Shown here: in pieces, positions 29,343-40,719 of the stretch
How the letters are laid out: each line of letters opens with the position of its first letter
Position numbering within the stretch: position 1 is the stretch's first letter
Source of the DNA: an uncultured Acidimicrobiales bacterium
GTDB taxonomy: Bacteria; Actinomycetota; Acidimicrobiia; Acidimicrobiales; CAVXTF01
Assembly (NCBI GenBank): GCA_963701375.1
Contig: CAVOZT010000005.1
Location: 277,744 to 341,743, forward strand
Reading direction: 5' to 3'
Length of the DNA: 64,000 nt
The notes under the pieces: model-generated
The model's input: only the letters and a program-made list of their open reading frames with translations
Database searches by the model: none
Told to the model about the DNA's origin: nothing
Translations under genes and position numbers: made by a program

Positions 29343-30347
29343 ATGCCGTCCTCAACCTTGTTTACCGCACTGGCCTTTCCCGTTGCAGCGGTGTTCGCGC
29401 TCTGCGCCAGCTTTCTTCTAGTTACGCGCTTGGAGCGATTTGCTGCTCGGTTGCGACTCTCGGAGGCCACGCTTGGATTGATTGTGGCTCTGGCCGCGGA
29501 CTCGCCCGAGATCACCTCAGCGATCACTGCGTCTGGCCACGGTCAGACCAGCATCGGTGCCGACATCGTTCTGGGATCCAACGTGTTCAACCTCGCGGCA
29601 CTGCTTGGTCTCGGTGCAATCGTAGCTCGCAAGATCAACCTCCATCGGAGAGTTGTGATCCTCGATGGAGTGGGTGCTGTGTGGATCGCCCTCGTGGCCG
29701 TCGTGACTGTTTCAACAAGTTTGGGAGCCGCGGCGGGATTGGTCCTAGTCCTAGTCGTTGTCGTGCCGTACGTCGTCATATCGACTTCGTCGTCAAAGAC
29801 GCTCAGCCGACTTGGATTGCCCCAGCACGCCGTTACGTGGTTGCGTCAAGCAATCGCTGAAGAGGAGATCGAGTTGGCCGAGGGGTTCCAACCAACGAGG
29901 AGCGGACGATTCGATGTACTAATCGGGGCAACAAGCCTGGTCGTCGTCGTTTCCGCCAGTGCGGTAATGGAGCGCTCCGCAGAGACCCTGGGGAAGCATT
30001 TCGATCTCTCCAGCCTTGTCGTGGGCGGCATAGTCCTCGCCGCGGTCACCAGTCTCCCGAATGCCGTCGGTGCGGTGTATCTGGCTTCTCGCGGTCGAGG
30101 CGCGGCGGTTCTGAGCGAAGCGATGAACAGCAACATGCTCAACGTGCTTGTAGGACTGTTGCTCCCTGGAATCTTCGTCGGGCTTGCTCGCTCGACCGGG
30201 AGCGGCGTGCTCGTCGGGACCTGGTATGCCTGCCTGACGGTTGTCTGCCCGCTGATGGCGTTCGCCGGGAGCGGACTGTCGCGTCGACAAGGGGCGGTGG
30301 TGGTCGTGGGCTACTTGGCTTTCGTCGCCGTGGCGGCGACGTGGTGA
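29343..30347 (+). CDS. Sodium:calcium exchanger (CaCA) family antiporter
   Basis: Alpha repeats ADSPEI...GSNVFN and TSLPNA...NSNMLN; multiple TM helices. Confidence 0.85.
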   Translation: MPSSTLFTALAFPVAAVFALCASFLLVTRLERFAARLRLSEATLGLIVALAADSPEITSAITASGHGQTSIGADIVLGSNVFNLAALLGLGAIVARKINLHRRVVILDGVGAVWIALVAVVTVSTSLGAAAGLVLVLVVVVPYVVISTSSSKTLSRLGLPQHAVTWLRQAIAEEEIELAEGFQPTRSGRFDVLIGATSLVVVVSASAVMERSAETLGKHFDLSSLVVGGIVLAAVTSLPNAVGAVYLASRGRGAAVLSEAMNSNMLNVLVGLLLPGIFVGLARSTGSGVLVGTWYACLTVVCPLMAFAGSGLSRRQGAVVVVGYLAFVAVAATW

Positions 30348-30360
30348 GCCTTGATCGTTT

Positions 30361-30744
30361 CTAAGCCTCCATATGCGGCGTCGAGTCAGCAGCATGGCGT
30401 TCGATCCATACCGCGGCGAGCGTGTTCAATAGTGCGACTAATCCCACGGCAGCCGTAAATAGGAGTCGCTCTTCTCCGCTTGCTCCTTTGGCAACACCAG
30501 CAAGTAGCAGAGCGCCTGCCAACGCCACGATTCCCGTCGCTGCCGTTCGCACCCACCGGCCGGTAAGGAGTGCGCAACATGGTCCGACGATCAAGAGGCC
30601 GGAGAGGTCAACCTTCGGGGCTGCGACCAGCCCGATCAGGAGCACTGCCATACAGAGTGCGACGCTGAGAAGCCAGACTCGCTTGACGCTCCAACCCGGC
30701 ACGAACGTGCCTTCGTATCCTCGCGCTCGCCGCAACAACGACAT
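30361..30744 (-). CDS. Small integral membrane protein
   Basis: About 4 hydrophobic helices; leaderless TACGTT-N6-ATG start. Confidence 0.6.
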   Translation of the reverse strand: MSLLRRARGYEGTFVPGWSVKRVWLLSVALCMAVLLIGLVAAPKVDLSGLLIVGPCCALLTGRWVRTAATGIVALAGALLLAGVAKGASGEERLLFTAAVGLVALLNTLAAVWIERHAADSTPHMEA

Positions 30745-31557
30745 GGTCGGAACGTAGTCACCTGTGACCCGCCGCGCATGTCGGCGTGGAGCTCATGAAA
30801 GGATTTGAACTAAGTGCTATTCATTGTCCGAGCGAGGGGGACGCCAATACGTCAATGACCAGGTCGGACGTTGTAAATTTGACATCTGTGGGACGTAGGG
30901 GAATTCGAACTTCTTGTGTCGAGGGCCTCAACGGCTACGTGAAAGACGATGGGCGAGAGGCGTCAGACGAACCCGAGCGACCTCGGCGAGTCTGCGGTCT
31001 CAGAGAAATTTCGTTGCGCTTCTGCTGGCTGCGGCGAAACCTGCACAAGATCGACGACATTGGTCCAAGAGAACGGCCGCCATCGAGGCGGGCATGGTGC
31101 GTCGCCTTCCTAGGGGTCGCACCACGAAGGCCATAGACGTCGAGTGGCTACCTAAAGCGCCGAAGGTCGAGCCGGGCTCAGATCCGGACCCACCGACGAT
31201 CGCGCGGGACGTTTTACGACTACTCGTATTCGCTCGGGCAAGCTGAACTCCGTCGCGGCCATAACCGGGCCCGTGATTCTCCGACGGGCTTCGCTCACTG
31301 CTTCGATACTCACCACGGGATCTCGTGCACAGCGCCCCTTTTTACAGGCATCTGGACGAGGTCTTGTCGTTGAGAGCCCCATAGTCTTCTCAGGAACCCT
31401 ATTCGGCGTTGAAGAGTTTCTCGAATCGTAAGAACCAGTAGTCCCGTTCGTAACCGACCGCGTGATACACCGCATACACCTGGCACTCGTACGGAGAGCC
31501 GTTGCTCATGTTCGGGAGAATCCCCAACGGGCGAACCACGACGAAAAAGGAGATCAA

Positions 31558-32757
31558 ATGAGATTGCCAGTCCGCCTATCCCTTGCGACGTTGGCGGTGT
31601 CCACGCTGGCGTTGGTCGCGGGCCCGGTCGCCGCGAGCGCTGCGCCGAGCCACGGTTCGGCGCGCTCTGCGCATGCCGACCTCGCATCTTCTCGTCCTTC
31701 ACACGCAAGAACGGTCGGATTCGGCCACAGCGTCTTCGTCCAGACCGACGCCTCGAGCGGCAACCAGATCGACGCGTTCTACCGCGGTAGCGATGGTCGT
31801 CTGACCCTCGCAGGCGTCTACAACACCGGAGGAAACGGCGGGTCCACGGCAGGCTCGACCGCAGACCACCTTTCCTCTCAGAACTCGCTTGTCTACGACC
31901 GGGACGCCAGCACTCTTTATGCGGTGAACGCGGGGAGCGACTCGATCTCGGTCTTCTACGTGATAGGCGACCGCCTCGTAAGGACCGAGGTTCTGAGCTC
32001 TGGTGGCCAGTTCCCCGTGAGCATCGCCGTACGCGGCCACCTGCTCTATGTGCTGAACGCAGGCGGGCCGGGGACCGTCCAGGGATTCGTGAGGTTCGGA
32101 CCGTTCCTTATCCCGATACCGGGCGCCTCTCGGTCGCTCGGGTTGGCGAACACCACGCCGCCTAACTTCCTCATGTCTCCAGGCGACGTGGGCTTTACCC
32201 CTGACGGGGGACAGCTCATCGTGACCACCAAGCTCAGCGGCAGCGACATCGACGTCTTTAGGGTGGGTCGCTTCGGGCACCTTTCGGCGCCGGTCATAAA
32301 CCCGTCGGCCACCCCGGTCCCGTTCGCGTTCTCGTTCGGGCCAAACGGGCTCTTGGTCATGACCGAGGCCGGCACGAGCAGCGTGTCTACCTACGTCGTC
32401 AACCCGAACGGGACTTTGACCGCAGTGTCGTCACTTACAGACGGCCAGGTGGCTCTCTGCTGGATCACGCCTGCGCGGGGGTTCTACTACGGTGCCAACT
32501 CCGGTAGCAACAACCTGAGCGCATATCGAGTTGGGGCTGGTGGCGCGCTCTCTCTCGTAGGTTCGACCGGGATCGTCGCTAGCACGGATGGTGGCCCGAT
32601 CGACATGGCCGCATCGAACAACGGCCACTATCTCTACGTTGAGGCCGGCGCCGCAGGTGCCATCGACGAGTTCAGTGTGAACCCGGACGGTACGCTCAGC
32701 TCGCTCGGAACTGTTGCGGGACTAAACCCGGGGATCGAAGGGATCGCAACCAACTGA
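31558..32757 (+). CDS. Secreted lactonase-family beta-propeller protein
   Basis: Signal peptide; LYAVNAGSDSISVF, SGGQFPVSIA, LYVLNAG and ALCW blade motifs. Confidence 0.85.
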   Translation: MRLPVRLSLATLAVSTLALVAGPVAASAAPSHGSARSAHADLASSRPSHARTVGFGHSVFVQTDASSGNQIDAFYRGSDGRLTLAGVYNTGGNGGSTAGSTADHLSSQNSLVYDRDASTLYAVNAGSDSISVFYVIGDRLVRTEVLSSGGQFPVSIAVRGHLLYVLNAGGPGTVQGFVRFGPFLIPIPGASRSLGLANTTPPNFLMSPGDVGFTPDGGQLIVTTKLSGSDIDVFRVGRFGHLSAPVINPSATPVPFAFSFGPNGLLVMTEAGTSSVSTYVVNPNGTLTAVSSLTDGQVALCWITPARGFYYGANSGSNNLSAYRVGAGGALSLVGSTGIVASTDGGPIDMAASNNGHYLYVEAGAAGAIDEFSVNPDGTLSSLGTVAGLNPGIEGIATN

Positions 32758-32790
32758 CTTGATACGAGCAATTCAGTCTGATCCCTCCCA

Positions 32791-32827
32791 AGCGACGGCG
32801 CCCGTCCACACACCGGGCGCCGTCGCT
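32791..32827. terminator. Stem-loop after the lactonase gene
   Basis: AGCGACGGCGCCC ... GGGCGCCGTCGCT 13-bp inverted repeat. Confidence 0.7.
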
Positions 32828-33071
32828 GTGTACTCGTACACTCCTGCTTATGCCCATTACTTACATCGATAGAGTTCGTTTCTGAATTCGAAATCCTTGA
32901 CCTCGCAAACGACTTTCCCGGGCCGTCCGGCGTTAGCTCTGGTGTTTATCCGCGGTGCTTCGGATCGTGCATCAGATGGTTTCAACGGCAAGGCCGACAT
33001 CAAACTCTGAGGATGATTCTTTTCGGCTGCATCGGTGCTCGATAGGACTTCGACGGCTGGGGTTAGAGTCC

Positions 33072-33123
33072 GCCTCCTCCACACGCCTCCTCCACACGCC
33101 TCCTCCACACGCCTCCTCCACAC
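33072..33123. repeat. 13-bp tandem repeat, 4 copies
   Basis: (GCCTCCTCCACAC)x4. Confidence 0.9.
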
Positions 33124-33268
33124 ATCTGACAAGAGAGTTCCGACTCTCGAACCATTGCAACTTTTGCGACGAGTTACGGTGCGCCGTCTGGCCGGAGAGT
33201 CGTAGCCGGTCTTCGAGCGTCCAGCTCGCTGCCCTCGTCACCGACGCCATGTGGTCCCCCGGGCCCGG

Positions 33269-34123
33269 TTACACACTTCGCTCGCGGCGAACGAGGTGGG
33301 CTGTGGCGAGAAGTCGTCCTCCTTCCGACCACAACTGCGACTGCTCGAAATGGACACCGCGCACTATGGCGTCAAGGCGGGTTGTCAAAAGAACATGGTT
33401 GGTCGTGTCGCCAAGGTCCTGTGGGTGCAAGAGCAGTGTGTGCGTCGCGAGCAAGGTTGTCTCGGGTGGGTCCCGTAGCTCCATGTCGCGAGCATCGAGG
33501 TAGTCGCGGACGAAGCGCATATGGTTCGCCGGGTACCAGCAGTCCACCATCTGAACGATTCCGTGGTCGCCCGATCGTGGCACCGCAGGTCGCACCCAGA
33601 CCAGATCCAAACCTGGATGTCGGCTCCGCTCCTCCGGCGAGAAGACCGGTCGATAGCCAAATTGGGAAGTGACTGGGGGCGACGTTGAGGGCGGGGTGAC
33701 CATCACGGCATACGCCTCGGGCGGGAGGACGCTCGGTGGGCGCTGAATCGGAATCGTTTCAGCGGCAAGATCCGCAGTCAGAAAGATCGACGCGACTGCC
33801 ACCGGCCGTTCCTGAGTGAACGTCACGACGGCGAGGGCAGTTCGCCCCACACCAGCTTCAAAGGAGACGATGACCTCGAAGGCGTCAGCGGCTGGGGTTC
33901 TCAAGATTTTCAGGTCGATGCTTATCAGTCTTGATCCATGGAGCTGGTCACGTTCTCCGATCGCATCAAGGGCCAACGCGCTGAGGTAACCACCAGTGGG
34001 GCCATTTGACGCCCACCATCCGTAGTCGAAGGATGCGGGAAAGCGAGAGGCGGGCTGCGCATAAGTTGAGCGGCGGATTGGCGCCACTGCGCCAGGTTCT
34101 CCGCAGGAGGGCGAACCGGTCAA
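33269..34123 (-). CDS. Acyl-CoA thioesterase (double hotdog) family
   Basis: GPTGGYL..LAL, VDCWYP, QLWSEGGRLLA. Confidence 0.75.
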   Translation of the reverse strand: MTGSPSCGEPGAVAPIRRSTYAQPASRFPASFDYGWWASNGPTGGYLSALALDAIGERDQLHGSRLISIDLKILRTPAADAFEVIVSFEAGVGRTALAVVTFTQERPVAVASIFLTADLAAETIPIQRPPSVLPPEAYAVMVTPPSTSPPVTSQFGYRPVFSPEERSRHPGLDLVWVRPAVPRSGDHGIVQMVDCWYPANHMRFVRDYLDARDMELRDPPETTLLATHTLLLHPQDLGDTTNHVLLTTRLDAIVRGVHFEQSQLWSEGGRLLATAHLVRRERSV

Positions 34124-34126
34124 TCT

Positions 34127-35721
34127 TCATTGCTCCCGGGCGATGGCGGAGACGGATAGCTCGGCGGGAATCGCCTCAGCCGGGCCGCCCAACGGGCCAT
34201 CATCCATCGCCAGCCCTGCTGCGGGATGTGCTGGCAGCAACAGCAGGGCGACAATCGCGGCCCGCCGCGCTGACGCCGGCGACGACGAGGCAGGCAACAC
34301 TGAATCCGTCGAAGAACGCCGTGGACACTGCGGCGTGGATGGCCCTCCCGAGTGCGGGGTGGCCGTTGATGCCAGTGCGGTTGGCGAGAGCGAGGGCGCC
34401 GCCGACGGATTCGTGGGCGGCGCTGGCGAGGCGTGGAGCCAACTCCGTGGGCAGCCTCGTGGTCAGTCGGTTGCTGTATATCGAGGCGAAAACGCTGCCG
34501 ACCACGGCGACCCCGAGCGTGGCTCCAAGCAGGCGGGTGGCGTCGTTGACAGCGGAGCCGATGCCAGCCTTGGCCTTTGGCACGACCCCCATGATCGCCT
34601 CGGTCGCGGGTGCACTGACGAGTCCCACGCCGCTGCCGCCGAGCAGCATCTGGCCGACTATCTGGAGGTAGCTAGTTCCTTCGCCCACGGTGGAGACCCA
34701 GGCGAAGAAGCCGACGAGACAGAACAGACCGGTGGTGACGACCTGCTTGGTGCCCAAGCGGACGGCGAGCTTGGTGCCGAGCACCGACATAAACCCAACG
34801 GAGAGCGCGACCGGCAGCAGGCGGACTCCCGTGGAGAGTGGCGCGTAGCCCATGAAGAACTGGAAGTACTGGGTGATCAGGAAGCTGAAGCCGGCCAGCC
34901 CGAAGAAGGTGACGGTGACGGAAGCGCTGGCGGCGGTGAAGCGAGGGTTGCGGAAGAGGCTGACATCGAGCATCGGGTCCGCGGCGGTGCGCTCGCGGAC
35001 AATGAATGCGGCGAACAGCCCCGCTGCGACTGCGAAGCCCGCGAGGCTGCGGCCGCTGCTCCAACCGTGGCTAGGGGCCTCGATCAGGGTGTACGTCAGC
35101 AGCGCGATCGCCGCGCCCGAGAGCAACAGTCCCGGGCCGTCGGTCCTGTGTGCGGCCGGATCGCGCGAAGTCGGCACGCTCCGGGCGACGAGGGCGGCGC
35201 CGACGGCGGCGACGGGTGCCATCGCGAAGAAGATGCTCTTCCAGCTGAACTGCTCGAGCAGCCACCCCCCGACGATCGGGCCGAGGGCGATCGCCATGCC
35301 CGCCGTCGCGCCCCAGAGCCCTATCGCCTTGGCGCGCTGCGGCCCGTTCGGTGAATATGTTCGAGATCAGCGAGAGGGTGGTGGGGAAGATCATCGCCGC
35401 GCCGAGACCCATGACGCAGCGTGCGGCAATCAGCTCACCGGAGGTCGTTGCAAAACCGCCAACAAAGCTGGCGACTCCGAACACGCCCAGGCCAGCAAGC
35501 AGGAATCCCTTGCGGCCGAGACGGTCGCTCAGGCTCCCTGCAGCCAGCAGCAGCGCAGCGAACACGAGGTTGTAGGCAGCGATGACCCATTGCAGCTGTG
35601 AGTTCGACGTATGTAGCTCTCGAACCAGAGTCGGGAGCGCCACGTTGACGATCGTGATGTCGAGGTTGATCAGAAACGCCGGCAGCAGCAGCGAGACGAG
35701 AATCAGGGGGCGACGGTGCAT
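34127..35721 (-). CDS. DHA2-type MFS efflux transporter (frameshifts at ~35345 and ~34260)
   Basis: LDITIVNVALP, GSLSDRLGRK, ALGPIVGG, PMLDVSLFRNPRF. Confidence 0.9.
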
Positions 35722-35803
35722 ACCAAGCGACTCTAAAGTAGTTCCGTGAGAAAGTCAAGTACTCCGACTTGATTCTCAAGGTTAGGGGCGCTAGAATCGT
35801 CTG

Positions 35804-36475
35804 GTGCGCTCTTACAAGCAGTACTGCCCGATCGCCAAGGCTCTCGACGTGATCGGCGACCGATGGAACATGCTGATCGTGCGCGAGCTGCTCTTGCAGG
35901 GAGACTGCCGCTACACCGACCTCCAGAACGGGCTGCCGGGGATCGCCACCAATCTGCTTGCCGAGCGCCTCCGCGACCTCGAAGGCGCAGGAATAGTCAC
36001 CCGCGAGGAAGCGCCACCCCCAATCGCGACCACCCTCTTCCGGCTCACCCCTCGTGGCCAACAGCTCGAGACCACCCTTTTCGAGCTCGGACGGTGGGGC
36101 GCGCCACTGATGACGGAACCCGACGAGCAAGACGCCTACCGTGGCCGCTGGCTCGCGTTTCCCATCAGGCTGTTAGTCAGCGACCGAACACCCGAGGAAC
36201 CCCCCGTCACGATCGAACTTCGCACCGGCAAGGAAGTCATTGCCGTCGAAACCAGCGAAGGCAAGATCCACACCCACCAGGGCGCCGCCGAGAAGCCCGA
36301 CCTCATCCTCACCGGACCTCCGCAACTCCTTGTCGGCGTCCTGACGGGCCAAATCAACCTGACGTCCGCGCGGGCCCGCGGCTTGCAAACAAGAGGAAAC
36401 GCCAAGATCCTCCAGCGGTTGCGTGCCGAGGCGGCTGGGGCCGAGACCGCAGCAGCGGGAGCGATGCCCGGTTAA
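35804..36475 (+). CDS. HxlR-family winged-HTH regulator with SCP2-like C-terminus
   Basis: YKQYCPIAKALDVIGDRW.MLIVREL; upstream palindrome TCAAGT-N6-ACTTGA at 35755-35772. Confidence 0.9.
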   Translation: MRSYKQYCPIAKALDVIGDRWNMLIVRELLLQGDCRYTDLQNGLPGIATNLLAERLRDLEGAGIVTREEAPPPIATTLFRLTPRGQQLETTLFELGRWGAPLMTEPDEQDAYRGRWLAFPIRLLVSDRTPEEPPVTIELRTGKEVIAVETSEGKIHTHQGAAEKPDLILTGPPQLLVGVLTGQINLTSARARGLQTRGNAKILQRLRAEAAGAETAAAGAMPG

Positions 36476-36726
36476 TCACGAGGGGCGCGTCCCCAGACTG
36501 CTGGTCAAGGTTCTGGTCCAATCAGGGATCAGCCAAGATCCCTAGTCGTGAACCATCTTGAGTGGACTTGCTCGCGAATTGCTTGGTTCGAGAGTTGTCC
36601 GCTCACCTCCACTGGTTTGAGTAGCGGCCAGCCAGGTCGACCTTGATGCCCTTAGTCGAACCCCAGTGGAAGTCATGACAGCATCTTCGAAGGTCGATAG
36701 GGCCCGCTCCCGACCTAGGGGCCTCG

Positions 36727-38190
36727 CTAGAACAGCACCTGATCCGCGAATGCCAGCACCTGCGCCTTGTCGGCCGGCAGGATGTATCCAGCCTTGATGT
36801 CCTCGTCTGTCGATTTGGTGTACGCCTCGAGGTAGCTCGACTTGGACCCGTATAGCGCGAGGAGCTGCGCCACGCTGAAGGGATGCGTCGTCCCGAAGAG
36901 GACGCAGAAACCGGGCGCCCCGGCCGGCGCCTTGCCCGAGTACGCCGCGACCGGAATTTGTTCCCATGGACCCTGGATTCCTCCGATGGCCGTTGCGTAG
37001 TTGTTGTACTGCACCATCGGCGTGCCAGGGACATTCTGGACATCCATGCGTGGCGCCGGTGGTGGCGGCGTGCCCGAGTTCATCCACGTATTGATTGCAG
37101 ATAAGGCGGCTTCGAAGATGAAGTGACTCGGCGCCTCGTCGACCGAGGTGCAGCCGACAGAGTGCAATTCTGAGAGCGTCACGATGTAGGAGTCCGCGTG
37201 GGAGGCACCGGCGACGTCCCAGAGCCTGATGAAGCTAGTGTCGGGTTGTCGGGCCCTGTAGTACTGCCCGAAGCTTTCGTCCGTCTCTGTGATCATCATG
37301 AGCACCGGGACGCCGATGTCCGTGCGGATCCGCACTGCGCCGCCGAAAGCGCCGCCGTTCGGGGAACCTCCGGGAATGGGAACGGCTCCCCCGGCCCGAC
37401 TGTGCACCAAGAAACCGTCGAAGACGTGGTACAGCGGCTGGATGGCGTCGATGTAGGTGGTCAGATAGAGCGCCGATTGCGACTCTCCGACCGCCAGCAA
37501 CCGGTTCGGGTGCAGCGGAGCCAACGGGTTGGAGTCGCCACCGACTAGGAAGGCCCGTGCAGCCTGCGTGAAGATGTCATAGGAGAACTGGTCACCGGGA
37601 TCCGTCAGTGACCCATAGCGGGCCGGGTCCTTCTTTCGTAGGTCGTCAATTCCCACTGCCTGCGCGGAGACGCCTGCCCATGCAAATCCCGCTCGCTCCA
37701 GCTCCGGAGACAAGTAGACCGAGTCGACAGCCCCGTCCCCGCCCCCGCTTACGTTCAACCATTCCACGACGACCGTCCCATTGAACCGTGACGGGTCGAT
37801 CGGCATTCGCACCACGATTCGCGTGCGATACGGCGCGCTCGCGACTGGGGCGACCTTCCACGTACCGGCGTCGTTTTCGGGTCCTGTGGCCTTGTAGGAA
37901 TACGCCGTTCCCGACGCGAAGTACTCACGTTGCACGTAGCCAGCGGTCGCGAGAGCGGGACCCCAAGCTCCGGCGATCAAGTACGCGGCATCTGCGCGTT
38001 CGACCGGACCACTGAGTCGGGCAGGTTGACCTCCCTCGGGTGTGGCGTGCTGTGTCTTCGTCACCGAAGCGGTCCCTTTGGCGCCGACCGTGTCGACGTG
38101 ACGGCCTGTGCCACAACCGCTGAGCACCAGTGCCGTGACCAATCCTGCAGCTGCCGCTCGGATCACACACTTGAATGCACCACAACTCAT
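36727..38190 (-). CDS. Lipoprotein alpha/beta-hydrolase-domain protein
   Basis: Lipobox LSGC; FNGTVVVEWLNV, GESQSA nucleophile motif, AGASHAD. Confidence 0.8.
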   Translation of the reverse strand: MSCGAFKCVIRAAAAGLVTALVLSGCGTGRHVDTVGAKGTASVTKTQHATPEGGQPARLSGPVERADAAYLIAGAWGPALATAGYVQREYFASGTAYSYKATGPENDAGTWKVAPVASAPYRTRIVVRMPIDPSRFNGTVVVEWLNVSGGGDGAVDSVYLSPELERAGFAWAGVSAQAVGIDDLRKKDPARYGSLTDPGDQFSYDIFTQAARAFLVGGDSNPLAPLHPNRLLAVGESQSALYLTTYIDAIQPLYHVFDGFLVHSRAGGAVPIPGGSPNGGAFGGAVRIRTDIGVPVLMMITETDESFGQYYRARQPDTSFIRLWDVAGASHADSYIVTLSELHSVGCTSVDEAPSHFIFEAALSAINTWMNSGTPPPPAPRMDVQNVPGTPMVQYNNYATAIGGIQGPWEQIPVAAYSGKAPAGAPGFCVLFGTTHPFSVAQLLALYGSKSSYLEAYTKSTDEDIKAGYILPADKAQVLAFADQVLF

Positions 38191-38719
38191 TTAAGTCCCC
38201 GTGCCATGCTCATTATCGTCGCTATCCGTTCGGTTCTTCTTGCCGTCGGAGGCGCGCCATTCCCCAGACGCATTCTAGTGTCTGACGAGACAAAGCCATC
38301 GACGCGGTTCAACGTCCCGCGCCTGCGGGTGACCTGGATCGTCCACCACCTTTCGGTCGGCACGCACCTGACGTGCATCAGATGCGCAGAGTCTCTGCAA
38401 GATTGGGTTATGGAGCCGACAGCTATGGCATTGCCGTAGTTCTGCCTATGTTCTGTGCCCACGGTGGCACCCACCGCGTATCACGAGTAGTGGAACCTAT
38501 GCAGTAGAAAGCATGACCGTCGCTCAGCTTGCCACGAGCATCGCTCCTCCTATCTTCTGCGGTGGGCAGGTCCGATTCCAGGCCTGCGCGCGCAACACTG
38601 GTTCGTCGACGCCAGCGCGCCTTGAGCGAAAGGGGTGGACGGCGCCGCCCGGACCGAGAGCAGCCAATGGTAAGTGCCCGACTGCCCAGCGCTATCGCAA
38701 TTCCCCGTACGCTGAGATG

Positions 38720-39110
38720 TTGCCCCACGAAACCACAGCAGCAACGCGGTGCGGACGGCTATGTAACTTTTCGGAGCAGCCCGACTCTTTGTCGCGGAAA
38801 CCCTTGCGGTCTTGGGATCTGGATGACTTCGATGAAGTTGCCTGCCTACTTACTAGCGAACTGGCCTCAAACGCCGTGCTCCACGCCGGTACAGCCTTCC
38901 AAATCATCGTGGACCTTGAGCCACCCGACCTGCTGGTAGAGGTGGTCGACTTCGCACCTTCGCTCCGGTTCGGACGCACAGCGCAGCGACCGGAGGTCTG
39001 GCATGGGCCTGGTGATCGTGGAGGCTCTTGCGGACCGCTGGGGAGCGCGTATCCTCGATCAAGCCAAGGCGGTGTGGTTCTGCCTTCTGCTCGGAAGCCC
39101 GTGTCCGTCG
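38720..39110 (+). pseudogene. Anti-sigma-type HATPase_c fragment
   Basis: LLTSELASNAVLHAG...VEVVD, with frameshifted G.GL.IV and K.VWF. Confidence 0.6.
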
Positions 39111-39304
39111 CTCACGTAACCACACGATCATCGCTTCGATTCCGTCATCGCTCGTAAGGTCGTGGCCTTGCATCCAGTTCGCCAGATCGTCAGAGTCGAC
39201 GAACCCCTCGATCAAGGCGGACAGGACTGGACCGCCGAGAAGTACTTCAGTATTCGCCCAACGACAGTTTCTATGATGTTTATCAAGTTCGATTGCTTGG
39301 GAGG

Positions 39305-39727
39305 TTGAGCTTGACCAGCGAGGAAGCGCAACGGCCATCCGAAAACGCATCAAAGCCCGAGTACGCCACGACGGCTGCAGAGCAGGGCACAGGAATGCCT
39401 GGAGGTGACGACACTGATCTGGGCGCGCAACCGGCGATCTCACGTACGAAGGCCGGGTCCTTTTGGATCGCGTTGATCATCGGGATAATCGCTCTAGTCA
39501 TTGTGCTCGTCTTCATATTGCAGAACCTGCACGACGCCAAAGCGAGCTTCGTTTCGGCCCACTGGGACATCCCCTTGGGCATCGATCTGCTGTTTGCCGC
39601 TATCCTCGGAGGGCTTATCGTGTTCGTAGCGGGAGCCACTCGAATCTTCCAGCTACGCCGAGCTGTCCGACGCCAACATCACGCTCTCCATCAGGCGCAG
39701 GTCACACACGATGAACGAACAGCCTGA
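39305..39727 (+). CDS. LapA-domain (DUF1049) membrane protein
   Basis: LVFILQN...F...IPLGI.LL.AA..GG. Confidence 0.8.
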   Translation: MSLTSEEAQRPSENASKPEYATTAAEQGTGMPGGDDTDLGAQPAISRTKAGSFWIALIIGIIALVIVLVFILQNLHDAKASFVSAHWDIPLGIDLLFAAILGGLIVFVAGATRIFQLRRAVRRQHHALHQAQVTHDERTA

Positions 39728-40119
39728 CGCTTGCTCCTAGTCCGCTCGCCCTCGACGCGATCTGCCGCATTGGCTATCTCTTCTGGTTGCGCGTGGGCCG
39801 AACGTCGAGTGGGCACCCCAACGTGTAACGCTCCTCTCAGGAACTAGGGTTGGGCCGTGGGGGTGGAACTCCATGTGGCAAAGCTCGCCGCCGAGCTTGG
39901 TTGTCACTTGCTGGACTCTTCCCCAAGACACCGCAAATGACATGCCCGACCTGTGCCCGCTCTGAATCTGATCAAGCCCCGGTCGAAAGTGGCCCGAAGT
40001 GTTGGGCAGCCACCCCATGGCCGGTCGACTTTGAAGGCGAAGTTCGCAAGGGCGTTAGCGCTTCGGACGCTACGGGCACACGGATAGATCGTCCAGACAA
40101 TTCATTCCGTACGAAGCCA

Positions 40120-40515
40120 CTACCTCCGACGGCGAAGAGCGAAAAGGCTGACGGCATAGGAGATTCCGCCCACTGCGCAGATCACCCCGTAAGCGCCAGG
40201 ATCTGCGCTACGCGCGGTTTGAATGATGGCGCCAATGATTGCGGCAATCACCACGACGAGCCCCGTGATCGCGGTGGCGTCCCGGTCCATGCCCCGTTGG
40301 CGCTCGTCACCGCCGATGCGCATGATGGCGGCAACGTCTCCTTTGGCACCTGACCAGACGTATGCAATGACCGCTGCCACCGCATAGATCGCGAGGAGTC
40401 CGATCGCCAAGCCGTGCTCGCCGCTCACCCACGTCGCGATTGCCACACCGCAACCACCGACCGCCAATACGACGGCGCCGGCGCTCCGCCGTAACGTTCG
40501 CCCATCGGTCCTCAT
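40120..40515 (-). CDS. DUF2178-like membrane protein
   Basis: DERQ...DRDA motif between TM helices; downstream of an XRE regulator. Confidence 0.65.
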   Translation of the reverse strand: MRTDGRTLRRSAGAVVLAVGGCGVAIATWVSGEHGLAIGLLAIYAVAAVIAYVWSGAKGDVAAIMRIGGDERQRGMDRDATAITGLVVVIAAIIGAIIQTARSADPGAYGVICAVGGISYAVSLFALRRRR

Positions 40516-40715
40516 GGTGCATGCTCCTCATCTGTGAATATCTCTTCGACCGTGCTGTGAAATCGACGGGCGATCGCGAGCGCGAGCGGTAGAGACGGCA
40601 GGTAGCGCCCGTTCTCGATCGAGTTGATCGTCTGGCGAGAGACGCTGAGCGCGTTTCCGAGCTCCTCTTGGGACATCCGGTTCGTTGTCCGCAGCTCGCG
40701 CACCCGGTTCCTCAT
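40512..40715 (-). CDS. XRE-family HTH regulator
   Basis: MRNRVRELR...SQEELG...VSRQTINSIENGRYLPSL. Confidence 0.92.
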   Translation of the reverse strand: MRNRVRELRTTNRMSQEELGNALSVSRQTINSIENGRYLPSLPLALAIARRFHSTVEEIFTDEEHAP

Positions 40716-40719
40716 GACC

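Noticed and set aside
33040-33123. tmRNA/tRNA 3' end or CRISPR array
   Set aside because: No proper T-arm/acceptor pairing; the repeats are contiguous with no spacers.
39737-40030. IS21-like remnant
   Set aside because: Too degenerate; no transposase motif I can support.
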